Shown: piece by piece, positions 43,914 to 58,955 of the stretch
How the letters are laid out: the number at the start of each line of letters is the position of its first letter
Numbering within the stretch: the stretch's first letter is position 1
Assembly (NCBI RefSeq): GCF_009914755.1
Contig: NC_060947.1
Length of the DNA: 64,000 nucleotides
Direction: 5' to 3' (one strand)
Source of the DNA: the human T2T-CHM13v2.0 reference genome, Homo sapiens
Notes under the pieces: generated by a model
What the model was told of the DNA's origin: nothing
Seen by the model: only the letters and a program-made list of their open reading frames with translations
Database searches by the model: none
Position numbers and translations under genes: made by a program

Positions 43914-44303
43914 CTAGTGTTTTTGCTCATATAATCCCACTTCTATTCCTGGCTTCCGCTGAGATGGCTGATTATACTCATGAGTCCCACCCACAATCTC
44001 TTCATCAAATGGTTGTCCAGCTGTAGGGTTAGTGTTCTCTTCAGGACAAGTTTCATTTTTTGCAATATGGATAGGCTGAGAATATTCCAAGTTGTTAAGT
44101 TCTGGTTCCTTTTTGCTTAACAATTCCTTCTTTAATTCATCTCTCTCTTCTTGCATTTTACTATAATTAGTCAGGAGAAACCAAGCCAATCCCTCAACAC
44201 TTTGCTTAGAAATCTCCTTAGTTAAATATCCAATTTCTTCACTTTCATGTTCTAACTTCTGCAAAACACTAGGACACAGTTCAGCCAAGTTCTTTGCCAC
44301 CAT
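43914..44303 (-). pseudogene. Remnant of the MaLR internal (gag-like) ORF
   Basis: 129-codon open frame with IGYLTKEISKQSVEGLAWFLL...MQEERDELK, resembling the MaLR-int ORF as recalled; lies between the paired LTRs. Confidence 0.6.
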
Positions 44304-45474
44304 ATAACAGAAATCACCTTTCCTCCAGTTTTCAGTATCTTGTTCTTTATTTCTCTGTGAGACCTTACCAAGATTGCCCTAAATGTCCATATTTCTAGGA
44401 TGTGCTGCAAGACTCTAGCCTTTACTCATTACCCAGTTCTAAAGCCACTTCCACATTTTTAGGTATTTTTTACAGCAGCACCCCACTTCTCAATACCAAA
44501 ATCTGTCTTATTGTATTTAGATTACCATATCAAAATACTGTAGACTGGTGGCTTAAACAGCATACATTTATTTTCTCACAGTTCTGGAGGCAGGAAAGTC
44601 TAAGACCAAGGTTCTAGCAGGATTTGGTCTCTGGTGAGCACCCTCTTTCTATCTTGCAGATGGCTACCTTTTCACTGTGTTTCTCACATGAAAAAGCGAA
44701 AGGAGAGAGAGAGAGAGAAAGATTGATTTCACTTATTATAAACACATAGTCCTATAAGATTAAGATTCCACTCTTATGATTTCATTTAATTTTAATTACC
44801 TCCTAAAGACTCTATCTCCAAATATAGTCAAATTGGGTGTTTGGGTTTCAGCATAAGAATTTTCAGAGGATGCAATTTAGTTCATAGCAGGTGCTCTGCT
44901 GGTTTTTTTCTCACTGCCCTGTGGTAGCTGCAGACAGGTAGGCTTTGCTGAACTCATTAAGCATTGGTAGAACTTCTCAGAGGCTTTGCTCAGAACATAA
45001 GGCCCCAACAGAGCAAAAAATGGCTCCTGACATCTAAGTGTTGACATGCTTACCAGGCCTCATCCAGGCTTCCCACTCTAACATTTAAGAGGCCCAGAAC
45101 AAGAATACAAACAGAGCATATGCCTGATAATTAAAAATTATAAGTCAAAGCAAAAAAAATTGTTAAATATGTTCTATCTTCTATTTTGACAACTATACCT
45201 TTATAAAAGCAAAATCGATATGTGTAAAGTGATGGTTTTAATATTATTGAAAGCAAAATATCAAAGATGACTGAGTTTAATTATGACTCTGCATGTCTGA
45301 GTGTTCTTATGGGCTAGCAATATATGGATGAGTAATAATGTAAAGACATACATATTTCAGGAATTATTTTGTATTCCACAAAATTAATTTTTGTCACCTT
45401 CAGCAAAAATCAGTTATTCATTGCTGTAATAGTAAATTTTCACATAATGTATAATTTTCAGTCATGATCCAAAG

Positions 45475-45677
45475 CAGAGGTCAGCAGACTTTTTCTGTTA
45501 AGAGATCGATAGTAAAAATTTGAAGCTTTGCAGACACCGTACAGTCTCTATTTCAACTACTCACTCTGCCATTGTACAGAAGCTATAATACTCACCACGT
45601 AAACAAATGAGTGTGGCTGTGCTTCAATAAAACTTTATTTATAAAAATAGGCAGTCCACTTGTGGGCCATACCCCTG
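45475..45677. mobile_element. hAT MITE MER58A-like
   Basis: CAGAGGTCAGCAGACTTTTTCTGT...GAGTGTGGCTGTGCTTCAATAAAACTTTATTT...CCCCTG. Confidence 0.75.
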
Positions 45678-46407
45678 AGCTAAATCAGTAAAAAATAAAA
45701 TGTAGGATGACATCAGCAAAATGGCAGAGTAGGAAATCCAACCCTCCTTGCCCCACAAAAACAATGATCTAACAACTACCCACGAATGAAAATAACACCC
45801 AGGAGTTTGCCCAGGGCTCAGCAAAGTAAAGGTTCATCTAGTCCTACAGAGCAAAGCAACCTCTCAGTACCTAGAAGAAGAAAGGAGGACAGATTTAGGA
45901 GGAGACTTTTCCTAACCTCTCATGGCAAAGGAGTCACACACATTTTAGCCCAATAAAAGGGAAGGTAGCTTGTCCTAGTGGGTCAGAAGGTGGCCTGCCA
46001 ACCAGATGAATGCCAAATCCTTGCTGTGTGGCTTGGGGAAAGTTGCTACACCTTTCTGTGCCTCAGTATCTTCATTTAGAAAATGTTAAGCCTTCCAGGT
46101 GCTCAATAAAGATCCACCCCTTCATTTGCATAAAACAGTTTGAGCATTATTTGGTTATCAATTTAGCTTTCGTTTTAACATCTGCCGTTATCAACTTCTC
46201 TTTAGAGAAATTTCAAGACCTTCCAAGATTCCACATGGCTCAAATAGAATGCAAGTTGTCAAAACAAAACCCTCCTGGCCCTTCAGGGTACATGAGGGAG
46301 GGCTGAATAAGGGTCTGTTGGGTGCTTCAACTTCTGGGCCACTTGGACCAGGATCCTGTATGCGGTATTGTTTGGATGAGATTCCTGAGCTCCACTTGGC
46401 AATATTA

Positions 46408-46775
<368 letters not shown>

Positions 46776-46794
46776 ATTTGATGCTACAAAAAAT

Positions 46795-47130
46795 AATTTT
46801 TCTCTGGAGAAGGAGAGACATGTTGAGAGCTGTCTTCAAATATCTAAAGAGCCATCCTGTAAAAGAAAACACAAACTTGATCTTTGCTACTCCAGAGGAA
46901 AAAATTAGAAACAGCAGGCAGAAGTTACACAAACGCTGGTTCCAGCTCAATTTAAGAAAGTCATTGCTAATGACTTAAGTGATTCAACAAGGAAAAGGGC
47001 TATTCAGGCAGTAGTAAACTCCCTGGGCAGGTAGTATTCAAGCAGATGCCATGTGTCTATCTGCTAGGATGCTACCAAAAATTTTATTGGCCAGATGGAC
47101 AGTTGGGATAAATGTTCTTTCTAAAGATCT
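46795..47130 (+). mobile_element. CR1/L3 LINE 3' fragment
   Basis: Translation [13 protein letters not shown]...RNSRQKLHKRWFQLNLRK resembles the CR1 ORF2 C-terminus (RGDMIAVFKYLK...NGWKL..RFRLNIRK). Confidence 0.7.
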
Positions 47131-48309
47131 TCTAACACCATAGGGGTCTCCATGCATGCATGGGACAACATCAAATTTAAGTAGGCTCAATCTCATAGGG
47201 CCTCAACTAACTTTACAGAATTTTAAAATCTGATTATTGCGATGGCATGCCACTTTGGGATTATGTCACTGTATTTCCTTCAGCAAGCTCAAAACATTTT
47301 GCACGTCTCTTTCCTATCATTTGGCATTGTACGCAAGGCATGATTCTCTACTGATTGTGAAACAAAGGTCCCCAAAAGATGTAACTTCCGGGAGTCATAC
47401 TGAATTTGTGGGGGACTTACAAGCAGAACACAAGTTTCCTGACCCACAACCCAACTCCAGTGACCGCCCTCACAATGGAAAACATGCTCCATTGCTCTGG
47501 GATAGAAGAGGCTCACTTGACCAATTTGGAAATCCTCTCACTGTGTTGAGATGAGTAGAAAACAGAATGTGAACTTTCCAAGTTCAAAGTCTATTTCCTA
47601 CTGGGAAAATGAGACATCTGGTTTGTAGTTAAAGAAGATGGATCCTAAGGGATCTGTGACAATAAATTGCTTTTCTAAATCTGCCTTTTAGAAATTTAAA
47701 CACACATTCATCAGAAACATATGGATTGGATATACAAAAACCTGGAATGCTGTTGGATTGGCAAACAATAAGAGAATCTTAGAATAATGGGATAGAAGAG
47801 ATTTCTAAATGTTTGACTGTCTAGTCTGTCTTCCCTCTAGCCTAGCTCTCTTGCCTCCATCAAGCAAGAACTCTGTAATGAGGGCCTATTGTGTTCTCAG
47901 CACCTGTTGTGTTGGGTGGCAGTTAACAAAAAGCAAGCCAAAAATTAGTCGGTTTTCAGTAAGATAGTCATATTATGCTGAAGAAGATATCCTATGGGCT
48001 AACCTTGGTCTAATGACATGCAACTACAAGGAACATCAAGGAGCCAAACTGCAATTAACCGTGAACCCCATTGTCTTCTGGGAAATAGAGAAAACTTCCA
48101 TTGTGCCCACTGAGTATTACAATACAGGGTTGAGGTGGGAAGGGTGGGTGTGGGAGGTACAGAAAATATAGGGACAGGGACCCCTCAATTAAATGGCTTA
48201 CTGTTAATTGACTTTTCTGATTAATTTCTATGAATAATCCATTTCTGCATTAAAGTTACCTAAAACAAAAATGTGGCTATATCAGAGGCCTTAGAGATGC
48301 CTTGTTCAA

Positions 48310-48468
48310 GGCTGGGTGTGGTGGCTCATGCCTGTAGTCCTAGCACTCAGGGAGGCCTAGGCAAGAGCATCACTTGAGCCCAGGAGTTCGAGGCTGCAGT
48401 GAGCTATGATTGTGCCACTGTACTCCAGCCTGAGTGACAGAGGGAGACCCTGTCTCTTAAAAAAAAAA
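48310..48468 (+). mobile_element. Alu monomer (FRAM-like or arm-recombined)
   Basis: Single monomer with A tail. Confidence 0.85.
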
Positions 48469-49114
48469 AGTGCTGGTTCAAACTCTCAAGGCATGCATAT
48501 GTAGGGATGTGTATGTGTGGGGATGTGTGTGTTGGCTGATCACTCATCAATGGATGTTTATAAACACAGTCCTTCACTAACCACAAGTTGTCAGTCTTAT
48601 AGCCAGACTGTCAGTCCTAGCGTCAGCTCACTTGGAAAGAGGCTCACGGAGACCCAAATCCAGGCCACCTCTGGAGCAGAGGCAGGCTTGGGAAAAATCA
48701 AATAGTTTTTTCTACACTTCAAAAAAGCAGAAAGAAGACTGGTTTCCAGAATCTAAGAGGACTAAAATGGATTTCCATAAGAAAATTCAATTTGAGTTGT
48801 AAGGAACTGTAACTCTTTTTGAAAATCGGTCAAGCACTTGGAAAGTATGGACCACAGATTTTTTTAAAGATGCTGATAAAATGTAAGATTTGAAGGATGG
48901 CTGTATCTTTTCATTCAAAGAAAAAATATAGATCACAGGTTAAGTATATATTTTGCTTAAATTTCTATAGCAGAAAACAGGAAAATTAAAAAGCTTTTAG
49001 TATTTTGGCAAAATTAGAGGTAAATATTTTTTAAGTATTTATAATGGAATACTAGATAGCTATTTTTAAAAAGAATAAAATCTGAGTGAAAAATATACGA
49101 ATTCTCTGTTGTTG

Positions 49115-49772
<658 letters not shown>

Positions 49773-49869
49773 TAAGAATATAGGAATTATTTGAAATATT
49801 TTTGCATCTAAGTCTGAAGTTATTTCGAAATACAATTTGATAAAAGAATGCCATAAATGTTTATCAGAA

Positions 49870-50280
49870 TACATGAACAAGCAAGTTCATAGCAGCACTG
49901 TTCATAATAGTCTCAAACTGAATGTCCATCAACGGTAAAATGGAAAAATAATGTGTCACATTTCAATAACATGGAATGCTTTTTTTTCACGGCAGTGAAA
50001 AAAAAGTACAGCTACAGAAGGTGGATGGATTTCACAGACATACTGTCGAGTAGAAGAAACAAGACACAAAGATACATGTTATATGATTCTATTTATGTGG
50101 AGTTCAAAAAAAGGCAGAACTAATCTCTGGTGGTAGATGGCAGAATGGAGGTTATCTTTGAGCATGGTGTGTTGACTGGATGGAGGGGCTGTGATTTCCT
50201 GGAATTATCACAATTCATGGAGCTTTAAGGTGGAATTTGAGCACTTGCCTGAATGCAAACTGGACCTCCATAAACAACAA
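49870..50280 (+). mobile_element. Old L1M 3' UTR fragment
   Basis: GTTCATAGCAGCACTGTTCATAATAG...ATATGATTCTATTTATGTGGAGTTCAAAA. Confidence 0.7.
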
Positions 50281-53124
50281 TTCAAATTTTTTCGAAAGGA
50301 ACAAAAGGCATCATACTTGATATCTCCATCTTTGGCTCCTTTTCCCCTATTTGTCATTCCTCAGATCCATCATCTCATATTTTATCCTTTTCTGTGTTCT
50401 GAGTTCTAACAAAGACAGCATTTATTTATCCCAGTATGGTAGTGTGGGCTGTGCACCTGTATGTCTGCTTCACCAGGTTGTAAGTTCCTAGAGGACAGGG
50501 AGCATATCATAATCATCTTATCCCCAGTACATGGTAGATACCTGGTCCCACATCTTAGAGACCTTACTCTGGCCCTTCCCTAGATGTAGCCCTCATAGAA
50601 GAGGAATCCACTGGACCAAAAGAATGTGTCCAACCACAGTCCATGCCCTTCCTTTCTAGTGCATGCTCTGGCTGCCCAGGTCCTGGGAATTCTCTGGCTA
50701 AAGGGCCTTGTGCCTTCTTTCAGGGCCTGTGTGGGTCTCTATCCCCAGTCCATCCTCCCAAGGGTGGAACCCCTTGCACAGGAGGACCAGGGTGTTTACG
50801 TGCATGTGTGAGAGACCCCTCATAGTACAAGATGGAGTTGGAGTGGAAGAGAAGGGGGTCAGGAAGTCAGGCTGGGAGCTGGGAGCCTAGGACCACCCCA
50901 TCTGTCCTGTCATGTTTTGGCATGAAACTCTGAGAAATTCAAGAATTTAAAACTTGATCCTGGTTTTCAGATCATTATAAGATATGCTTTGTTTGTAAAG
51001 GTAGAACAGAACACACTTTATTAAATGCTGTTAATTTATAACTTGCAAATCTTCAGACATATGGTAGGTGGAACTGAGTCCCTTTGTACATTTGCCCTGG
51101 GCCCCACATATATTATGGGCAGGCTTGTCTGACATGTAGTAGCTACTCAATACATAATTAGCTAAATGAATAGCATGGGCTGCTATTCTCATTTCAGATT
51201 TGCATTTCTATCACTGGCTCTAAATGTGATTGCATGAGTAAGTCCTATCCACTTATTCCAGAGTAATTCATGTCACTGATAATGACATATTAAAGATGAC
51301 TACATTTTTGGTTAATCAAGCTAACCTGCCTATTCCCACCACCACCACCCAGATACACACAAACATCCATGATAAAAGTTTTGCTTTATTTTCTGTTTAT
51401 CACCTTTAAGGATTGTTCTAGCCTAGAACTGGGTTTCTCATTCCTACTTTATGATCCTTTATGCAATCAATTGGCACATGTAAAGTCTGTGGAATTTTTT
51501 TCCTTTTACTTGCATCCAAGGGCTTTAAACAGATGGTTGCTGCTACAGATCTTCTAGCCTCTGAGCAAGGCACGCTCTCCTGGGTTTCTGATTGCTCCTA
51601 GGTGTGGGGCATGTGTGGAAAGCTTGCATTTTAATCTAGGTTTTAGAGGTGGTGAGAGGTATACCTTGGAAGAGAGGAAAAGGGAAGACGTTTGAAATAG
51701 AAGACCTGGAGTCAGTACAGATGCAGTAATAGAATGGACATGTTCTGGGCAAATGACAGGAAGCAGAAGAGCTTGATGAATGCAGAGGGTCTGTAAGGGC
51801 ATCTGACTGGTTCACAGGCATGTCCCCAGCACCTAGCTCAATGCATAGCACGTAGTAGGTACACAATAAACACGAACTGTATGAAAAAATTAAATGAATC
51901 AGTGATGTGGGGAGTGCAGTTGCGAAAAAAAGAGACTGAGGTGTTTGTTTGGACTTGGTGCTAAAGGCAACGGGCAGTCACTGAAAATTCTTGAGCAGAA
52001 GAGTGACTTGGTAAATGAGGTGTTTTAGGAGGATGTATTTGACATAAAGGAGATACTAGAGGCAAGGAGTTCAGGAACAGAAGGTTTCAGTGATTTGCTC
52101 TGCTTTCCCTGGTGTCATGCATTGCTTCTATGATTTTCATCAAGTGAGATCTCAATGCTGGACGGAAGAAAGAGAGTGATTGTGAGTCATCATTCAGTTT
52201 TCCATGTACTAGATTTTGCATTAGCTCCTTATTGCAGGGCCTGGATTTGGAGCCATATGCCACATGACAGGTTTTTCATACTGAGTGAGTCATAGGACTT
52301 AATACTATGGAAGCAAAGAGCTGTCCATCAGAGTAATCAGACCCAATATACATAAAGGTGTTTATGACTCATTGCAAGGATTTTCTAGCCTGCAATATGA
52401 ATCACCAAATGCGCTTCACGGCCCAGTGTCTTTTGTATCAGCACTGGATTTCTGAAGATACGTTTCCACAGGACTAATTTGCAAACACACAGCAAATTCC
52501 AGTAGGAATATTCCATGAATGCCTTAAATTGTCAAGAGCTCCCCACCCAATTTACTTGAACTAATAGAATTGGCACCCTTTGCAGTATTTGCACTGGAAC
52601 ATGCACACTGCTCCATCAAATGAGGTAGATACAAATGGATGTGTATTCTGGCAGCTCAGCAAAACCTGCATATTGCCCAGAACAGAGACAATGCAGCTCT
52701 AGGTCTCATAGCCCAGAGACCAGGTTAATAACAAGAGCAGCTACCATTTATAGGCACTTACTATATGCCAGGCCCCATGAAGCACTTTGTAGATGTTATC
52801 TAATTCCATCTTCACAGACACCCTGTTAGGTATGGGCTTTTATTATCCAATTTTGCAGAAAACAGATGAAAATATTAAGTAAATCAGAAAGACTAAGCTA
52901 GGACTAACACCCCAAATCTGACCAACCACCAGAAGGACTGCTGCTTACTGGCAACAAGAACCTGGGCATGTCAGTTAGTCTTCCTGAGCCTCAGTTTCCC
53001 CATCTATAAAAAGAGGATATTAAATAATAGTACCTACCTCACAGAGTTGTTGGAAAGATCAGATTAGCAGACTGCCTGGCACCATATAAACACTCAATAC
53101 ATGGTAACTAACATCAGTGTTATT

Positions 53125-54000
<876 letters not shown>

Positions 54001-54213
54001 ACACTTCACCACTAGGCCTTATGGCTTCTACCTTCAGAAGTCATCAATAGATCCTGGCTCTGTCACCAAAGTTGGGCAGTTGCAAACCAGTTGGAACAAA
54101 TACTAACAGTGCTAATGCAGATGAGTTACCTCCACTCTCTGGACTTTATTATCCTAGCCACCATCTTAAGAACTTGGATTTCCAAAATTATCTTCTGGAG
54201 AAAAGAAGAACAA

Positions 54214-54500
54214 GGCAGCGTCGGGCATGGTGGCTCACATCTGTAATCCCAGCACTTTGGGAGGCCGAGGCAGGAGGATCACCCGAGCCCAGGAGTTTGA
54301 GACCAGCCTGAGCAACAAACATAGTGAGACTCCCATCTCCACAAAAAATTTTAAAAAACTAGCCAGGCATGGTGATGTGCACCTGTGGTCACAGCTACTT
54401 GGGAGGCTAAGGTGGGAGGGCCACTTGAGCCCAGGAATAGAGGTGCAGTGAGCTGTGATTGTGCCACTGCACTCCAGCCTGGGTGACAGAGCAAGACCCC
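54214..54500 (+). mobile_element. Alu (J-like)
   Basis: Alu consensus match; tail expanded into a purine tract. Confidence 0.92.
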
Positions 54501-54733
54501 GAAAGAGAGAGACAGAGAGAGAGAGAAAGAGAAAGAAAGGAAGAAAGAAGAAAAGGAGAAAGGAAAGGAGAAGTAGGAGGAGGGAGAGAGAGAGAGAAAA
54601 AAAAAGAGAAGGAGGGAGGAAGGGAGGGAGGAAGGGAGGGAGGGAGGAAGGGAGGGAGGGAGGAATGAAGGAAGGAAGGAAGGAAGGAAGGAAGGAAGGA
54701 AGGAAGGAAGGAAGGAAGGAAGGAAGGAAGGAA
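54501..54733 (+). repeat. Polypurine tract ending in perfect (GGAA)16 (54670-54733)
   Basis: Direct count. Confidence 0.95.
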
Positions 54734-56616
54734 ACTAAAAGAATGATTTGAGTTAACCTAAGTAAAGAACAAAAGTAAGAACCCAGTCCATTCTCAGTAC
54801 GCCATTGTAATTAAAAGCAAAGATCCAGCCCAGTCCAAGAGACTAGATTACACTGTTCTACATGAAAAAACAGCCAGAGCTGAGCTCACTGGATACAGCC
54901 ACCACACCCACTGAGCCTGGAAGCCCACAAGAGAAACAACTTTATCAGGCCAACCAAAGTTATTTGGCCTAGGTGTCTGGGCCTTTGCAGGTATTTTTCT
55001 GCCTGAACTTGAAAAAGATGCCCTAGTCACCTCTGCTATCAAAGTGTACCCAAGTTGGAAAAGGCATCCATCTTCATATGGCAATTTGGAATCATTTGCA
55101 TGAGCTAGAAGCACATTAAGTCTAAAACCAATTGCTACCTTAGGCCCAAGTTCTCAGGAAATCAGGGATACTATTATTTTATGAATTTGAGTTCACTTGT
55201 CATGTGGAATGTATAAATACATAGGATTTTAGAGAACAGATGTGTTACAAGTTATGACAACTCCAGATGATGGATCATGAATCATAATGGCAGAGAGCTA
55301 GCTAGCTAGCATGACTGATTTAGCATATGTTTTTCTCAGGAGTGGTCATCTCAAAACGGTTGGCATTTTGCTCTCTTGTTCTTTCTTTCTTCCTCTATGC
55401 CCCTGCATAGATTTTAAGGCCCAACCTGAGCCTCTCTACTTCCAGGATGCCTCTCCTGACCAACTGCTATAGTTTTCCTTATTTGCATAACTCATCTCAC
55501 ATTCACTACATTGTGCTATTTCTATACAACTGTCTAGGACTGCGATTAACACTAATCACCATTTTCTTAGCTGTTCATATATGTATGTCTTCTCACTTCT
55601 AGTTCTTAAAGACTGAGATTGTATAGTTCTACAAATTATGATTTATCCCGAATGTTTCCAAAAAGGCTTCAAGATGGCTGGGCCTGTTATCCTAGAATTA
55701 TTTGTATCTTTCACAGAATTTAGCATAGTTATACCTAAAGAAAGTAAGTCATAAATGCTTGTTGAGTGGAAGAATGAAAAAAGGATGAGTCATTGATCCA
55801 TAAAAATCCAGTATATGGATTTGGAACCTTATTCTCAGCCTTATACTGATAATCAAAGGAAGGCTTCTTCCCTTCTCTGGGTACTCTAAGCTAAACATGT
55901 ATAGCACAGGCAGGCATGACCCAAAGGTCCACAGCACAGGAGAGCAGCAGCATTCAAGGATCCAGGAAGGACCATCAGATTTCACAATTACCTTCTTCTC
56001 CATGACTTTCAGTATGTAGGACTTTCAGATAAACATACAGATATGGACAACCATGTATCCCTTTAAGCAAACACCTGCATTTACTAAATAAATAAACCAT
56101 CCTTGCTATTCTAAACACATTAAGAACTCTCCTGCCTTGGGGTCTTTGCACTTGCTCTTCCCTCTACAGGGAAAGCTCTTTTCTTCAAATCTCTCCATGA
56201 CTCACTCTTACTTTCCTGTGTTTTCAGGTCTCAGCTCAATACACACTTCCTATGTGAGGTCTTCCCTGATCACTCAATGTCTCACTGTCCCAAAAGTCCC
56301 CATCCACCAACCCTGCTTGAATTTTTCTTTAGAACTTGTCGCCACTTGACTTCATGTACATTTACTGGCTTGTTTATTATTGACTGTCTCCCGCTTTTAG
56401 AGTGTAAGCTCCATGTGGTGGAGGGTGGTACTTTGTCTTTCTTGTTCACTGTATTCCCAACACTTAGCATAATTCTTGGAGTGGGTAATAGTAACAGCTC
56501 CAGTATAAGGAGCTATTAAATAATATGCTAAAACTTTACTGTGTTCCAGGCACGATGCTAAGAATTTTATACAAGGTATTTTATTTAATTCCTATAACAA
56601 TCCTGTAAGGGAGTGC

Positions 56617-56781
56617 TTTTTGTTTGTTTGTTTGTTTTGAGGCAGGGTCTCTGTTTTCCAGGCTGAAGTGCAGTGGTGTGATCTCAGCACACTGCAACCT
56701 CTGCTTCCTGGGCTCAAGCAATCCTTCCACCTCAGCCTTGTGAGTAGCTAGGATGACAGGAGCAGGCCACCATGCCTGGCT
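56617..56781 (-). mobile_element. Alu right monomer inserted in MIR
   Basis: TAAGGGAGTGCTTTT on both flanks. Confidence 0.88.
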
Positions 56782-58317
56782 AAGGGAGTGCTTTTAATAT
56801 CCCCATTTTACAAATAAAGAAACTGAAGCTCATAGAAGTTAAGCAGTTAAGCAACTTTCTCAGCATCTTACAGCTAGTAAGCCGTGGCCTGACTATTCTG
56901 ACCATGTACCATAAGTGGGTTACAGGAAGGGGATTGTGCAGGCATTGAAGATCAGATACACAGGATAGGCAAAGATCTAACTGAGCATGGGCAGTTAGGA
57001 GAGTGTTTATACAACTGGGAGAATGGATGTGGGGTGAGAGAGGACTGAGGAAGGGGATCATGAGTAGAACTAGGAAATGGCCATACTAGCGTTTGAATCC
57101 ATGACCCTCTAGCACCAATGTCTGTGCTATAGACCACTATTTAAGAGTAATCAGCCTCTTACTAGAATGTCCTTTCCCTCCATCTCTGCCCACCTGTCAG
57201 GATCCCGCTCAAATGCAGCCTTCTCGATCATCAGTGATCATGTGTTCACTGATCCTTTCCCTCTCTAACAGGTAATGGGCTCTCTTGCTGCTACCAGGTG
57301 GGGAATATGGGAAAACATTAGAGTTGGGTGCAATGTAGTGTTGAAAACACCGGGATCAGTTAGCATGGGGCTGGATGTTGTAGAAAGGCCCCAGATTTGT
57401 ACTTGGGGGTTTGCACTTGTTAGGTTGCCAATGTTCTGCAAATTCCAGTGCAAAGAAATAACAAAGTAACTCATACCCGTCTCCTGATTGGTCAGAGCAA
57501 GCTAAATGCAAACTACAAGTTGAAAACAAATATGGTAAACAACAACAAAGTACTGTATGGCAGCCACCTGGATTGATTCCAGTAACAAATTCTAACAGTA
57601 CAGCAACCATCCTTTCCAGTCTTTTGCATATCCTTACCTCCTCCTAGGAAGTTCTTCCCTACTATCTGTGCCCGTGGAAATCTTACTCCACCTTCGACCT
57701 CCTCTCTGAAGCCTTTTCTAATTTCATGCTCTCCCACCCCCAACAGAGAGACTCAACAGAGGTGTTACTATCATATGGGGGACATGGGGAGGCCACACCA
57801 TTTTTAAGTGGCAGAGGTGGGATGGAAGCCCTGGTCTACCTGCAAAATCCATACTCTTTCCATGTAGCATTTTGCTTGTTACCTGGCATTAAGGGCTGTG
57901 CACTCTAATTCCACATCAGTTGAGTCTGTGGAATGGGCAGCAAAATACACAGAAGAATGGATAACTATCTAGTGAGCATATGCAATTACAAGATACACTT
58001 AAGATCTCTTTCTCATGGCTATGGTCCCTCCCCACTTCATCCCTTTCCCTTTATCTTATAGTTGCTTAGCAGCAGCAATACCCACAATGTTCTCCTGGGG
58101 TTCAGCAAAAACAGAAAAGCTGGACAAGAAACAATGCTGTACAGGTGGGGGCTGTATAGGTAGGAGGTGTAACTATGGAGGCACCCTCCGGAACCCTTGG
58201 TAGGATGTCTTTGTCTAGGCCCAGGTTGAGTATATCTTACCTTTTGGGTGGTGTGCTGCAGGGACTGATCTTCCCAACTCTGACTATCCAAGACAGGGAT
58301 TATTTCCTCTCCTTCTC

Positions 58318-58632
58318 CTTATTTTCTTTCTTTCTTTTCTTCTTCTTTTTTGGAACAGGGTCTCTCTGTTGCCCAGGCTGGAGTGCAGTGGTGTGATTAT
58401 AGCTAACTGCAGCTTTGAACTCCTGGCCTCGAGCAATCTTCCCACCTCAGCCTCCCAAGTAGCTGGGACTACAGGCACACACCACCATGCCCACCTAATT
58501 TAAAAAAAAATTGTAGAAATGGGGTCTCACTACATTGCCCAGGCTTGTCTCAAACTCCTAGCCTCAAGCAATCCTCTCACCTTGGCCTCCCACAGTGTTG
58601 GGATTACAGGCATCAGCCACTGCACCCCGCCC
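58318..58632 (-). mobile_element. Alu (J-like)
   Basis: Alu consensus match. Confidence 0.93.
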
Positions 58633-58955
58633 AGAGTGACTTTCTAACTGCAAATCTGAATTCCGCCTCCAGTACCTACTAGACTAAAACTAGCCCCCTT
58701 CCTCTTTCCTGTTGCTCTGTCCATCTCCAAACCCAACCCCATGCCTCCGCATCCCTTTGATGTATTGTCTTGGCTCTTCTGGATACTACAAGGTGAATGG
58801 TCTGAATTTACTGACCTGATTATCCCCCCAGGGACTATACCCTCCCACATATGCACTGGCAGAAGAGGAAGCTGTTTGAGAGGAGAGGGCCATTTTGAAA
58901 TTAAATAATAAAAGAGGCTTGAGAAACATGCAAGTTCCAGAGTAGAATTCTCTAG

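Larger units (their letters stand above)
42019..44889 (-). mobile_element. MaLR (MLT1-type) provirus with two LTRs (42019-42389, about 44505-44889) and internal region
   Basis: Two homologous LTRs (both contain CATTTATTTTCTCACAGTTCTGGAGGC and end ATAGCA); 5-bp TSD GGTGC at 42014-42018 and 44890-44894; MaLR-internal-like sequence about 43140-44500. Confidence 0.85.

Noticed and set aside
54455-54751. R/K/E/G-rich 98-aa ORF
   Set aside because: Translation of the purine microsatellite.
55294-55310. Self-complementary (GCTA)n run
   Set aside because: Only about four units; an ordinary short microsatellite.
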